This document shows positions 52,083 to 64,000 of a stretch of DNA of 64,000 nucleotides, in pieces (the first letter of the stretch is position 1; each line of letters opens with the position of its first letter). The stretch is from contig NC_081331.1 of NCBI RefSeq assembly GCF_022539665.2, positions 10,912,001 through 10,976,000 on the forward strand, written 5' to 3'. Source of the stretch: Daphnia carinata (Eukaryota). A program made the position numbers and the translations under genes. The notes beneath the pieces are model-generated. The model worked only from the letters and a program-made list of their open reading frames with translations, was not told the DNA's origin and did not search any database.

Positions 52083-54256
52083 AAAAAAAATTATAAGTCC
52101 ACCACTAGAGGGCTCTGTCCAAACAAGTCAATATTTTCAAAAAGAAAAAACATTTACGATGATTGATCGATTGATACAACGTTTAAGGAAAAAAAAAAAA
52201 GGGCGATCCAAACTATCGCATCATCGAGAGAACATCAATCAAAATAATAAATGTTCCATCAAATTATTTTCCTGTAAATAATAATGATTTTCACGGCCAC
52301 TTTTTGTGGGGTGCTGGGAAAATGTTAAACAAAAATGTTTTGCTACAGAAATCGGGCGCTATTCAATTCATCAACCATAAAATATGTTTTCCCTCCCACA
52401 CATACTGTCACGCTGTACATACGAAAAAAAAAAAAACCTATCGTGATTTTTATTGTCTAAACCCAAAAGTCTAGACAATACAAGAAATTAATTATTCATA
52501 ATTGCTTTTCTTTTTTGTTTCCCATTATTTTATCGTGATTATCTTTTTTTTTTTCCACGTCACACTAGCGGCGGTCAAACAAACACGAAATGGAAAGAAG
52601 CAAAAAAAAAAAAACGGATTCCTAATTACTCGTCCAAAGTCTAGACGACGACTCGGATCTCGTGATTACGAAAAAATTCTCGTTAAACTGGCACAGCGTC
52701 AGAACAACCGGAATGATCCAGCTCTGATTACGGCGGCTATTCGAGTTTTGAAGAGCGGAGGTTACACTCTTTTAAAGTTTCCGATCGTTAAAATAATTCC
52801 GTGCCGCCATTTGCCAATAATAAAAATTTAAAAAAACCGAGGATCGCATTGCCGTTAGGGATTTTAAAAAAAAAATATTTTTTAAAAAAAAAAAAAAAAA
52901 AAAAAAAGAAAAAAAAGAAAGAGATTGAATTTTAGATTTAGCCGTGACGCATCCGCTGTAGGACAAAAATACGACGAGATGAGAATGTATAGCAATCGGT
53001 TTCCGGTACACGTAAGCGATAATAATAATAGCGCCGAACGAATATATGTAATTTTTTTTTTATATATATAGTCTTTGAATTATTATTGAAAGGCACTCGG
53101 TTGTAAAATGATAAATTTGAAATGAACAGATCCAAGAGACATACTGAATCAAAATCATGAAGCAGGGGCGGATAGTAGAGAGGAGAGAGAGAGAGGGGAT
53201 ACACAGAAACGATAGATCTTTCGTGTTCTCCGCGACATAAACGAAGAAAATTATAAACACGGTGGTTTAAATAGGAAAAAAAAAAAAAAACACAATCGAG
53301 TTTTGACATGACATTACGTGTGTAAATGAGTTTCAATTTTTTTTTTTTGTTCGTTCAAATTTTAATCTCGTTTTTTTTTTTAAATCCATTTTTTGTTCTC
53401 TCTATTTGTTCAGACGACGTGACTGTGGCTAATGTTTATGTCAATATGTGGCAAAAAAAAAAAATAATCTCGGTACAAGATCGATTGAAACCCTTCTCTA
53501 GTCCACGCATTCACGTCACACACATTCAATAAGCGCAAAAAGAAAAAAACAAAAAAGCGGCGACGTTTCAATTAGGTAGCGCCGTTTCAAGGAAGACAAA
53601 AATTCTCTCCTCCCCGCCATCACGCAACAATACAAAAAAAAAAAAAAAAAAAAGAGGTGAGAGGATTCTTTCTCGACAGGGAGACAACGAGAGATATATA
53701 AGGTAGAGAGCAACAGCGGAGTAACATGGCACTGAGCAAAGGCACCCACAAACACAGAAAGAAAATTGAATTATTTCATTTGTATGTATAGTTTCATAGA
53801 GACAGGTGAAAAAAAAAGGCTTTTTCCTCTTGAATTGTAATTTTAAAAAAAAATTAATAATAAATAGTTTTTTTAAAAAATGGTAGCGAATAACAGAAAT
53901 AGGAACGTGACGGTAAACGGGCCCTCCATTTAAAAAAAAAAATTTTTTTTTTTTTTTTGGTTTCATTTCACTCGCTAGAGGAAACCGTAATACGATAAGG
54001 TTTTCGCACGATTAAGTAGACAGCGATGTACGAGTATAAGATTTTCAGATGGTACAAAGAGATAGACGTAGAGAGTATTGCACGCTGCATAATAAACGTC
54101 GGATGTTTTCTTCTTTTTTGGCCTCGACTTTCCTTTTTTTTTTTTTTTTTCTTTTCTTTTCTTGTAGAAATGGGACGAATAATCACACGAAAATCAAACA
54201 GGGAATGAAACGACCCTCACTATTTTTCTATCTTTCCATTCTTTTTCTTTTATTTT

Positions 54257-57200
54257 TCAAACCATAATGGCGTCATCGTCAAGATCGACTTCCAGCGGTT
54301 GGTAACTGGACATGACGCTGCCGTCCGTCTGGTTGTCGACGTCGACACGGGCGCCAGACAGTCGACGACCAAGGTTCTTCTTGATGGCAGCGCCACTTTT
54401 ACCGTTGGCCAGTAATGGATTGCCGCCGCCGCCGCCATTGAAGAAATCGTGCCGGCGCTGCGGCTGCATCGACTCGACTGTCGGGTCGGCCACGAGCGCC
54501 GGGCTCGAAAGCGTCGTCTTCAGACGTTGAAGTGCTTTCAAAGCCGTGATCCTTTTCGGCTGCTGGCCTTGATCGCTTGCGGCCATGCCACCGGTCGACG
54601 GTGCATCAACCGCCGGGATGGACAGCGTTTGAACGATTTTCGATCGCTGTAAATTGCTCTTGCGAACGGGCGGCGGCAGAGGCAGCGGCCGGCCGTCTAC
54701 AATCACCAACGCCGGGCTCGGCTGGTCGGGCACGACGGGCACGACGGTGGTCGTTGAATTCATTGAATGCTGTTGCTGCTGCATCAACCTGGCTTGCTCT
54801 TCAATGGCTTTCCGTCCGGCACTCAATCGTTTCTCCCAGTCGGGAGTGAGCGGCTTTGGCGGCATCGGCAACTCTTTTGGGTGTTCGCCGCCAATCGTGA
54901 TGACGACTTTGTTGGCGTCGAAACGCCGTCTGGCGGCTATGGAAAAAACGGCGCCGTCTTGGTGATTGGCCGTCGGCGCCGCAGGTGGTGGTGCGAGCGA
55001 TGATTCAGTTGGTGCGGCCGTTTTGATGGTACAAGAGGAGGACGAGTAGGTAGAGGAGGAGGATGAGGTGGACACGGCTAGACAACCGGACACTGGCAAG
55101 ACTGGACAAACAAACAAGGGTCATCAAACGTTGCGTTATTCCATTTTTGTTTTCCCCTTTTCTTCTACTTTTCTTGTTAAGAATTAAACCAAAAAAAAAA
55201 AAAAATTGCCAAAACCATAACGGCGCCTCGTCTATTTAAAACGAGAAAAGAAAAGAAAAAAAGCCTTGCGTGTTCTCCAAAAAGCCCTTCACACACACAA
55301 AAAGGGGGAAATTGTCGGATAGTTAGGAGACACATCGGAAGTCATGTGCCAGAAAAAGACAAGAGGAAAAGACGGACAAGAGGAGCTGAATGGCCTTGGG
55401 ATGGTTAGAAAGAGTATGCAAAAAAAAAAAAAAAAAAGGAAAAGGTGGTGGCTATCTAGTACAAACAAATGCGCCCTCCATCTCAGTCGACTGACAGCTG
55501 ACGTTGGGCAGCTTTGGAACGGAGCGGTAATGGCGAGACGAAAGGCAGGGACGCGCGTTTCGGGTAAGAGGCGTCGATAAACTCCAAATCGTCCTCCTCC
55601 TCCTCATAGTCTGATGACCACATCAAAGTCCAGGACACAACCAAAAGAGCAAAAAGAACCCACCCCGAGAGAGAGAAATAAAAAGAATAAGCCACAAAGC
55701 GAAAGATATTTAAACCCGCAAGGCAGAAAAATAAAAACACGTTGTGAACGTTCTTTTCGTGAAAAACAAACAAACAAACAAACCAACAAACAACGTAAAT
55801 TGTGTTGTTGCAAGGACGGAGAGAGGAAAAAAATAAAAAAATAAAAGGTTGATGAGTCAATATCCGGGAGAGAGCAGAGTGATAGTAATCTGATCAAACG
55901 AGAATCAATCCATCGAGCAATCAAAAAAGCGAGAAAAATAAAAAGAAAAACAACCGGCAGGCAAACGCATATAAAGCAAGCAATAACCGACACCACCGTG
56001 CTAGTGTTGTTGTTGTTGTTGTTGTTGTTTTTAAAGCACCTCAAAACATCCGGGGTTGGTTATTGGACGCTGACCAACGCTCATTAGTCACGCGCGCAAA
56101 AAAAAAAACAACAAAAAAAAAACATGCGCGCTCGTTGGACTCGAGACTAGATACCACTTGAAAAAGAGTAGCAGTTTATCGGCTCATTGCGATGCAAAAA
56201 CAAAATAGAGGAGCCTTTGAAAACCAACAAAACAAACAAGGATGGGGCCAGCAAATGATGACCATTTACCAATGAACGTCGTGTGTGCGCGCGCGTGTGT
56301 GTACGAGACGAAACCACATGTGTCTATTACGCGAGACGAGCGAGGGAAGACTTTTGTGAGTCTACAAGTCAGCAGCTTGATTGCGTGAAGTTGAAGCGCG
56401 CAGAAATAAAAAAAAAAAAGAAAAAAAGGGAAGCCAAAAAAGAGAGAGAAAAACAGTGTCAACATAAAACAGCCAGTAAAGAACAACCGTCGAAGCCATC
56501 AGACGAAAGAATGAAATCGTTAGAGCGCCATCTTACGTTTTTTTTTTTACCCAGCCGCCTCCCAAACGAAAAACAAAAAAAAGGGCACTATCTACAAATG
56601 AAGATGGTTTTGTCCTACCTTTTGGTCGCGAATCGGAACGCGATTGACTGCTGGCCGGTAAATCGTCGACGCTACCACCGATGGGACTGTCCTGATCATC
56701 GCCGTCCAAATCGCCGTCGGTCGAGAGCAGATCGTCGTCGCTGGCGGCCCGCGCCAATGAAGGCAAAGTGGCGGCCAGGGCGGCCTTTTCTTCGCGCAAC
56801 TCTTCCAGATGCTCCTGGATGAGGCGCTCTTCGGTGACTTGGTCGCGCGCAGAGAGAGACGACAGCGAAGACGATGAAGAGGTCGGTGCCGAAACGGTCG
56901 GGAAGATGCGCTGGTGCTGATTTTTGGCCACGGCACCCGCACCGTCCGGCGTCGAGGTGTCCGACTGTGGCAACACCCACGTCCCGACGCCAGTGGACGA
57001 CGGGAACATTTTCGACGATCGCAAAGTGCCGAGACGGGCGGCGTAAGCCAGACAGACGGAATCGAGCGAGTCAATGTCGGCCAGCGTCTCCGTCACCCGG
57101 CGGAGTTGCTCCGTCAATATCGTCTCCACGACCGACGTTTGTTTGCTGACGTTGGAGAGCGAGTCCTGGGCTTGCTGCAGCTTGGCCGTCCGCAAAATGC

Positions 57201-60200
57201 AAGGCGCAAAGACGATGGACAAAGCGTTGGGACTCATCCGGTTGGATTTCTCGTTGAGCGCCACTCGGGTCAAATGGAAAATGAGCCGCTCCAGGAGGTC
57301 GAAATGGTGCGGCGGCAGTTCTTGGACGAGGGCCATCAGCGAAGAGATGCGCTCTTTGGCGTCGACGATATCGGCCGCCCTGAGGAAGTCGTCGTAGCGC
57401 TCGTAAGTGAGTAAAGGTTGAGGCAACTCGCGCAGAAACGACTTGAGAACGGCCGTCAGGACGTGGATGGGCTGCTCCTGGAGGTCGACGAGGGCGACGG
57501 CACCTTCTTTGCTGGCCACCGATTCCTCTTCGAGCAACTTCTTGAGCTGCTGGACGCGAGAAGAGACGCCCGACTTGCGGTACAGTCCCTCCGTGTAGAG
57601 TCCGACGAGCTCGATGGTGGAGATGAGCCTCTCGATGATGGGCGGGAGGCGCTGTTGGGAGCCGCTGGCGGCGCCACTAGACGCCACCAATTTGTCCAGG
57701 GTGACGCCGAAAAGGCTTCCAGGCGACTCGGTCGATGGGTTGGGCAAGCCCGACATGCTGATGGTTGCCGACATTGATGAAGCTCCGCTGGAACCGGCTC
57801 CGGCCGAAGGTGTGGCTGCTGACGCCGTGCACGCCGTGGTGATTCGGGTGTAACATTTCTTGTGACAGGTGAATTTGCAGCTCTGACACACCAGTCCCTT
57901 CTCCTTGAGCCACGTGAACGAGGAGCAAACTTCGCAGGCTGTCGGGATGGTAATGACGCTGTTAAGCGTGGTGAATTCATGACCCATGTGTCGAAGCAAT
58001 CCATCGTCCTGGGCCTTGGCCCGTTTCGTCTCTCTGCCCCGTTGATTCTTGTCGGACGTCGGCTTCTTCCACCGTTCCTTTCTCCTTTTGCCTCCTAAAA
58101 CATCGCCAATCAATGATGACGTAATGCATTTTTTATTTTGCAGGAATTTCAGATAAAATGTAGAGTATATACCTTTGGCCCTGTTTTCCTTATCGTCCGT
58201 CCTCTGTTGAACTACGAATTCATTGAGGTAGCCACGAAACGCGTTAACCACCAGCGTTTTGGGGAATTTCGTGTCGTCACGTGACACCGACTCGACTATT
58301 TTGCTGAAATTGGCAATGAGGTCGCGGTAGGTTAACCGAATGGCCGGATTTTCCTCTTCTCCGCCGTGGCAAGAGGCAACTCCGTAAGCCGATATAAGCG
58401 AACCTTTAGTCGTTCATAATAATTTTAATTTCAAAAATTCAAAACACGGCCAGCTGTGTTGTCTCATACCTCTTAGTTCCCGCAACGCCGAGAGGAAGAC
58501 GCGGTCAGCGTCACCTCGCGTGTCATCTACCAAGTTCTGAATTTTGCGGCCAATAAACTCGTCCAGTCTGTGTAACTGTTGGCCGCCGTTAACCACTTCT
58601 TGGGTCGAGTCGGTGAATTCACTCGTGCCCGTCAAATTCCATTTGGAATTCTCGTTGCCACTTGAAGGGATGACACCCGTAGAGCTGTCCACCGTTTCAC
58701 GGCTTCCTTTACGGCCCTTCTGGACAGGATCCGGGTCCGGACTGGTCGGACTTGCCGAAGGACGGGCGCATTCAAGGACTGTCGGTGGTAAAGCCTGAAA
58801 GAACAAAAAAAATAAATGAACTCTTATTTTATTCTGTCGAATGTTAGGCTACTGTTTATCTACCTGGGACGACGTTATTCCCTGCTGGACGCATTTGGCG
58901 TGGAATACCAAATGGCACGATGTGCACTTGTAGCCGTGGGTGAAAAAGGAGCTCATCGTCTTGGAACAGAGCGAGCAGGCCTCGTTCTTGGCCAGCTTAC
59001 TCATCCGCGTCAGTTTGTGGACTTGACTCAAACTGGAACGGACGGTGGCCGTCGTCGAGGAGGTAGAAGACGCCACGGAAACGGCCACTGACGCTTGGCT
59101 AGAGTCCCTATCTTGACGTCTTGCCAGAGGCGATGCTGTCATTCCGGCAGCTGTTCCCGTTACCCTTTCACGCAGACTGTCTCGACTGCCTCTCCATGAG
59201 CCGTCCACGCTGACACTTCGGCCGCCATCTTTGCTGCCTCGCCTGATTTTAAAAGAATAATGTCATGAAAATCCAAATGTTTTCGCACTTTGGTATAACC
59301 GACCTTGCTATTGGTAAATGGCTGGTAACGGCGTGACTGTAGGTCCAGCAATGACTTTGGTGCAAGTGACCGTGTGAGTGTCCGTAGCCGTAAATGGACG
59401 AAGAGGCCGCTTCTATATCGCGACTGTAACGTCTACATAGCACCGGATTAGGGCACGTGGGCGAATGGGATTCATCGGAAATGCTGTTGGCCCGACTTCG
59501 AATGGCCAGCCTCTCTGCGATTATCCTGCGCCGCTCTTCACGCCTCGCTTCGCGTTCCCTCGCATATCTCATGTCGTACTCTAAATCAGAGGCCGAGTTG
59601 AGCGTCGACGTCGAGCGCGAGGCCGAGACCAAAGTGCTCTCTGAATCGCTGTCGCGATCCTCGCTGCCGTGGACGGCCATCTGGCGCAGCGAATCGCTCT
59701 TGTCCCGTTTGGAGCCGCCGCCCATCAGCGTCTTGAGGTGTTTCTTGGCTTTGTGCAGAGCACTGCTCTTCTCCGTCCGGCCGGTTTCGCCAGAGCCGCG
59801 GAGTAGTTCTTCGATGGAACCGATACGTGGCGAATGGCCGACCGATCCGGCCACTCCGGCCACGTTGGCTGCCGCCGTGACGATGGATGGTTTACTTTTT
59901 TTCGATTTGAGATCATCTCGCTTTTCGTCCATCGACTGGAGCGGGAAATTCAGCGCACAGGACAATATTCCCGACGCAAGCTCTGCATAAATCAGTTCCG
60001 ATTCGCTGTCCTCCTGTATGCCGCTACTCCTAGCGAGGAAAACGAGAATTATAATGACGCGAACAGTCAACTTGAATAGTTTATTTAAAACTTACTCTTC
60101 CGAGCTGAGCTGTTCGATCAGATCCTTCGTGTCCTTGTCCAGCTCTTCTTGCGACGATCCTTTGGAGAGGAAGGCTTCGTCGGTGCTCTGCGCCGAATGG

Positions 60201-63200
60201 GCATCTCCCTTTTGTTTCATCTGTTCAAAGCGCCTCCGGGCCAGGTTCCCTCTCGCCCGGCACTGGAAGCTCACCACTGAGCACCGTAGATTCGTGTACC
60301 AGTGCCGGACCTGATAGCCTCGCCAGACTTTCTGAATGAAGGTCGCCGCCATGTGACGGACCCGCAAGTTCATCACCTGACGCTGGGCCATTATCATACG
60401 AACATACGACTATATTATTTAAAAAAAAAAAGGCGTTTAGTATGAGCCATAAAAAAAAATGGATGTACCACTATACCTGGATACGAACGACAGCTCTGCG
60501 GATCGATAGGAAATTACGCCGTTCCAGGCACGTGCGGAACCAGCGCTGGATAGTGACGATGCTGGCCAAAATGGCCTGATGCAATCGGTAGTCGAGTTTG
60601 GCTTTCTCCGACTCGCGCAAAAAGATCTTTTGATGGCCGATTTGATAGTGCTCCGAATTCAGATTCATCCGGCGCAGGAAATCGTGAACGTCCGATTGCG
60701 AACTGGAATTGAATAAAAGCACGAATTAATTGGATTTAAACCTAAACTAATTTTAAAGGCAAGAGAATAATTACCTCAACAATCCCCGGGGCAAAAGGAT
60801 TCGGTAATGATGAATGAATTCTTCGAAAGTTAAACGGACGTTGAATCCAGCTTGACGGATGCGAACTGTTTCAAGCATGCCCGTGTAACGAAGCTGACGG
60901 AGGACGATTTCCTCGTCGAATTGATTAGGACCCTGTGAATGGCAGAATGTTTATTATCCAACATCTGTGATGAAAGAGAACATTTGTTTTGATGTACCTT
61001 GAGTCTGTTGCTTTTAATGCAACGGACAAAGAACGGATTGGCCGTGTTCAGGGCTACCATGAGGCTCTGAAGCGAATGCTGGAACTGCGCACCGACCGTC
61101 TGTGCTTTTTTGACGTTCTTGTGAACAACGAGGAGGCTCTCGCCTCGGATCGACTGATGGCTACTGGCCGAAGTAATTGTGACTGTTGTCGAACCCGACG
61201 GTGTTACGGTCAGCTTTTCGTGCGAAGACGAAACGCTGGCGATGATGGACGAATTCAAAGACGAACTACTGTGGCCTAACCGGCCGGCTAACGTCTTCAC
61301 CGTTTCCAAATTGCGCCAATTTTTCGAAGGCCGGCTTCGTGCTTTAGAGACTCTATTTTTGCGTCCACTCTCACCATGTTTCCCTTTGCCCGTCAAGCTA
61401 TCCGGACCTGACGAATTAATTTCTAATTTTTTTTTTAAGAAAATGAATCGGTTAGTTAACACGTTAATCAATTAAACGGGTACTCGAAAACTCACCACGG
61501 TGCCGTTTGCCAGAGTCGAGGAAAGCAAAGTAGGCGCGGATAAAAGCCCTCAAAATGGCCCATCGAAAGACGGCGACTGGATCGCCGCCGACGAGTTCAC
61601 GGACAAAAGCGTACTGGCTCGATTTGAGAACGGCGACGATGTCGGCCTTCATAAGGTCGAGATTCTTCTCGCGGAATTCGTTCGACTGGTACTTGACCTT
61701 GCCGGCGTAGTGTCGAACGATGAAAGCGGCCTCGCGTTTCTGCGGCACTTCGTAGTATTCGTTATCCTTGTTGACTGAATTGAACTTTTGCAGGAGCGTC
61801 TCGTTGGTGGCGCCGGGGAAACTGGCATCGCGAGAGGAAAACGGATTGAAAAAAAATTTGAAATACGGGTATCGTAAATCCTCTAACGGCGAGTCAGCGA
61901 GGTAAATCAACGAATGGCTTAGCCGTGTCACGAACAGTCACGTACACCCCCCCCCCCTCAAAAAACTTGAATAACAAATCACATACTTGCACTGATCATC
62001 CAGTATGCAAAGAAGTCCGTTGGGCTTGGATTCATAAAGCTGTAGGCAGCCCGTGTTGTCAACAAACTGGATATTGACCCAGTGGATGCCTTCGCGTTTG
62101 TATTCTTCCTGTTCGTACTTGAAAACGTGCTGGTTAAAGTAGTACTGTAGATGCTCGTTGGCGTAGTTAATGCAAAATTGCTCGAAACTGTAACGGATAA
62201 AGACAATAGAAAAAGAATCGGGTCAGCGCGTCCGTGCCTTCTTTTTTTTTTTCCGGGACTATTTCGTTGTTTCGATTGATAAAACATAGTCGGCGTGCTA
62301 GTTTTCCTATCTCGATCATCTGTACCTATTCATGTTGCCAAAGTCTTCGAAACCGAAAATGTCCAAGACGCCGATAGAGTAGGCGCGCTGCATTTTGTCC
62401 GCGTCTTTCTTGGCCAGCAGGGCGTGGTTCAGCTGCATGACGATCCAGTCAAAGAGCGAGCCGTAAAGGCACTTGGCCATCGCGTCGCGAGCGGCAATCG
62501 CCTGGAGTATTTGCGGAAATAGAAACGCGACAATGAACACAAGAAAAAAAAAGATATAAAAAATTTTCTGAATTCCTTTTTTTATACCTCCGGCATGCGG
62601 TAGTTGATGACGAGCGTTTCTCCAGAAGCTCTGGCCCGTTTCGAGACGAGCGCTTGGTGGAGAATCTCCTCTTTGACCCGCAACAACTGGGCGATTGTCG
62701 TGACGACGGCCGTGTTCTTGACCGTCACCGACTCGTCGTGGTGGTAAGTCGATTTCTTCGGCTGGAACTCGACGTTGCCGATGTGCAAGACGGCCGACAA
62801 GACGGCAAAGACTCGACGCTGCGTCTCGCTGCAGAAGCCCACAAACTCCATCGACTGTTTCAGCCGCGACAGCTCGTAGCACTCGTCCGCTTCGTCCAGG
62901 TTGTGATAATCGCTCTGTCAGGATATTAAGATAAATATCGATATCGTTTTCAAAAAATGACTTGATTCAACATCATTAAAACATTCCAACCGGCCATACC
63001 TGATTTAAGTATCTATAAGCTTCGGGTGGTAATAGATGGAGAGCTTGTTTTTCCTGCGGCGAGGAGCCGACAAGTAAGTGGTAAAAGACGTGGTAATTTC
63101 GCTCGTTCTTGGCCTGGAAGCAGATTCGCGTCTTTTCCAGCAAATACTTTTGCACCAGAGCTCTGTCAAAGACACAATGAATTAGAAGAAAAGCAAACAT

Positions 63201-63326
63201 TTTTTTCGTCATTTACGTTTTGATTAATTACCCGTGAACTTGTCCATTCTCGCGATAGTTGACTTGGATGAACTTGCCGAAGCGGCTAGAGTTGTTGTTG
63301 TGCGACGTCTTGGCGTTGCCAAAAGC
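54257..63326 (-). CDS. MYO9: Unconventional myosin class IX (motor + IQ + two C1 + RhoGAP), 5'-incomplete, multi-exon
   Basis: Motor motifs [22 protein letters not shown] (63232-63326), [50 protein letters not shown] and [12 protein letters not shown] motifs IQRWFR and IQKVWRGY. C1 domains at ~58880-59020 and ~57820-57990. Rho[15 protein letters not shown]...[14 protein letters not shown]...[17 protein letters not shown]. Confidence 0.95.
55483..55610 (-). CDS. Candidate alternative (short) terminal exon of myosin IX
   Basis: Phase-1 acceptor catcag|ACTATGAG, compatible with the donor at 56618. It encodes [42 protein letters not shown] and is a GC-rich island in an AT-rich intron. Confidence 0.55.
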
Positions 63327-64000
63327 CTAAAAACAGCAGTAAACGGACGCCGATGAACACAAACACACACACAAAAAAAAAAAAAAAAAAGAAACAAAAA
63401 TAGACATTAGAAACAGCGTACTACTACACATGAGGAGTATGTAAAAACAAAAGAAACGTTCCACAGAGAGGTTAACGGAAAAAAAAAAACAAAAAGAGAG
63501 TGAAGATGGCGCCGCTTGAGCGTTTATGGACGGCTGGTGAGATAGAAACAAAAGAAAAGTGAGAGCCAAGAAAGAAAAATAAAATAGAAAGAGACAGGGT
63601 GAGACTGTAAAAGTCGATCGCGTCGCACGCGGTCTAATTTGAGCCGAGAGTCGGACAGAGTCCATTTGGTCGTGACTGAACGATCGACAGATTCCTTTCC
63701 CCCGTTCGAAGAAGAGAAACCCGCCCCTCGATCACCCAAGCTTGGACGCAAAAGCGCGCGCACACACACACTTTGGATCTAATCCAAAATGGATGAAACA
63801 TCGGAGGCATGAGATAAATAAAAATAAAAAAATTTTGTAAAAATAAACGAAGAAGACGAGATATAAAATAGAGGTTCTCGCCCCAATGACCGATGTCACA
63901 GTTCGGTTGAATAAGAGTCGCAGAATTCTTGTCAAGAATTGTGTCAGGTTCCAGTTCGCTATGCATTTGTAGGCCAACTCGTGATCGTTGCCATCCAATC

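Noticed and set aside
56283..58098. Plus-strand ORFs of 100-180 aa opposite the RhoGAP exon
   Set aside because: Antisense shadows of GC-rich myosin IX coding sequence.

Overview
Eukaryotic arthropod-type DNA. The 55-80 bp introns, long poly-A/T runs and gene content are consistent with a Daphnia-like crustacean (inference). Five protein-coding genes are supported: the 3' part of ovo/shavenbaby (+, 3139-5920); glycogen branching enzyme (+, 14 exons, 8734-11738); a short-tailed, kinase-less TGF-beta-receptor/BAMBI-like gene (+, 36520-37530); a clear BAMBI orthologue (+, 48036-52082); and the 3' two-thirds of a class IX myosin/RhoGAP (-, 63326-54257). Between GBE1 and the BAMBI pair lies a ~21.3 kb inverted repeat (13169-34502) with piggyBac-like ends (CTAA|CC...GG|TTAA), nearly identical inner arms, more diverged outer arms and a scrambled centre that may be partly an assembly artefact. 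The arms are a mosaic of decayed exons, a MITE, a Helitron-like piece and a recurring module of two back-to-back tRNA-like (A/B-box) units, which also occurs outside the palindrome at ~7500-8150. No intact transposase or genuine tRNA gene was recognised. All alignments and translations were done by eye.
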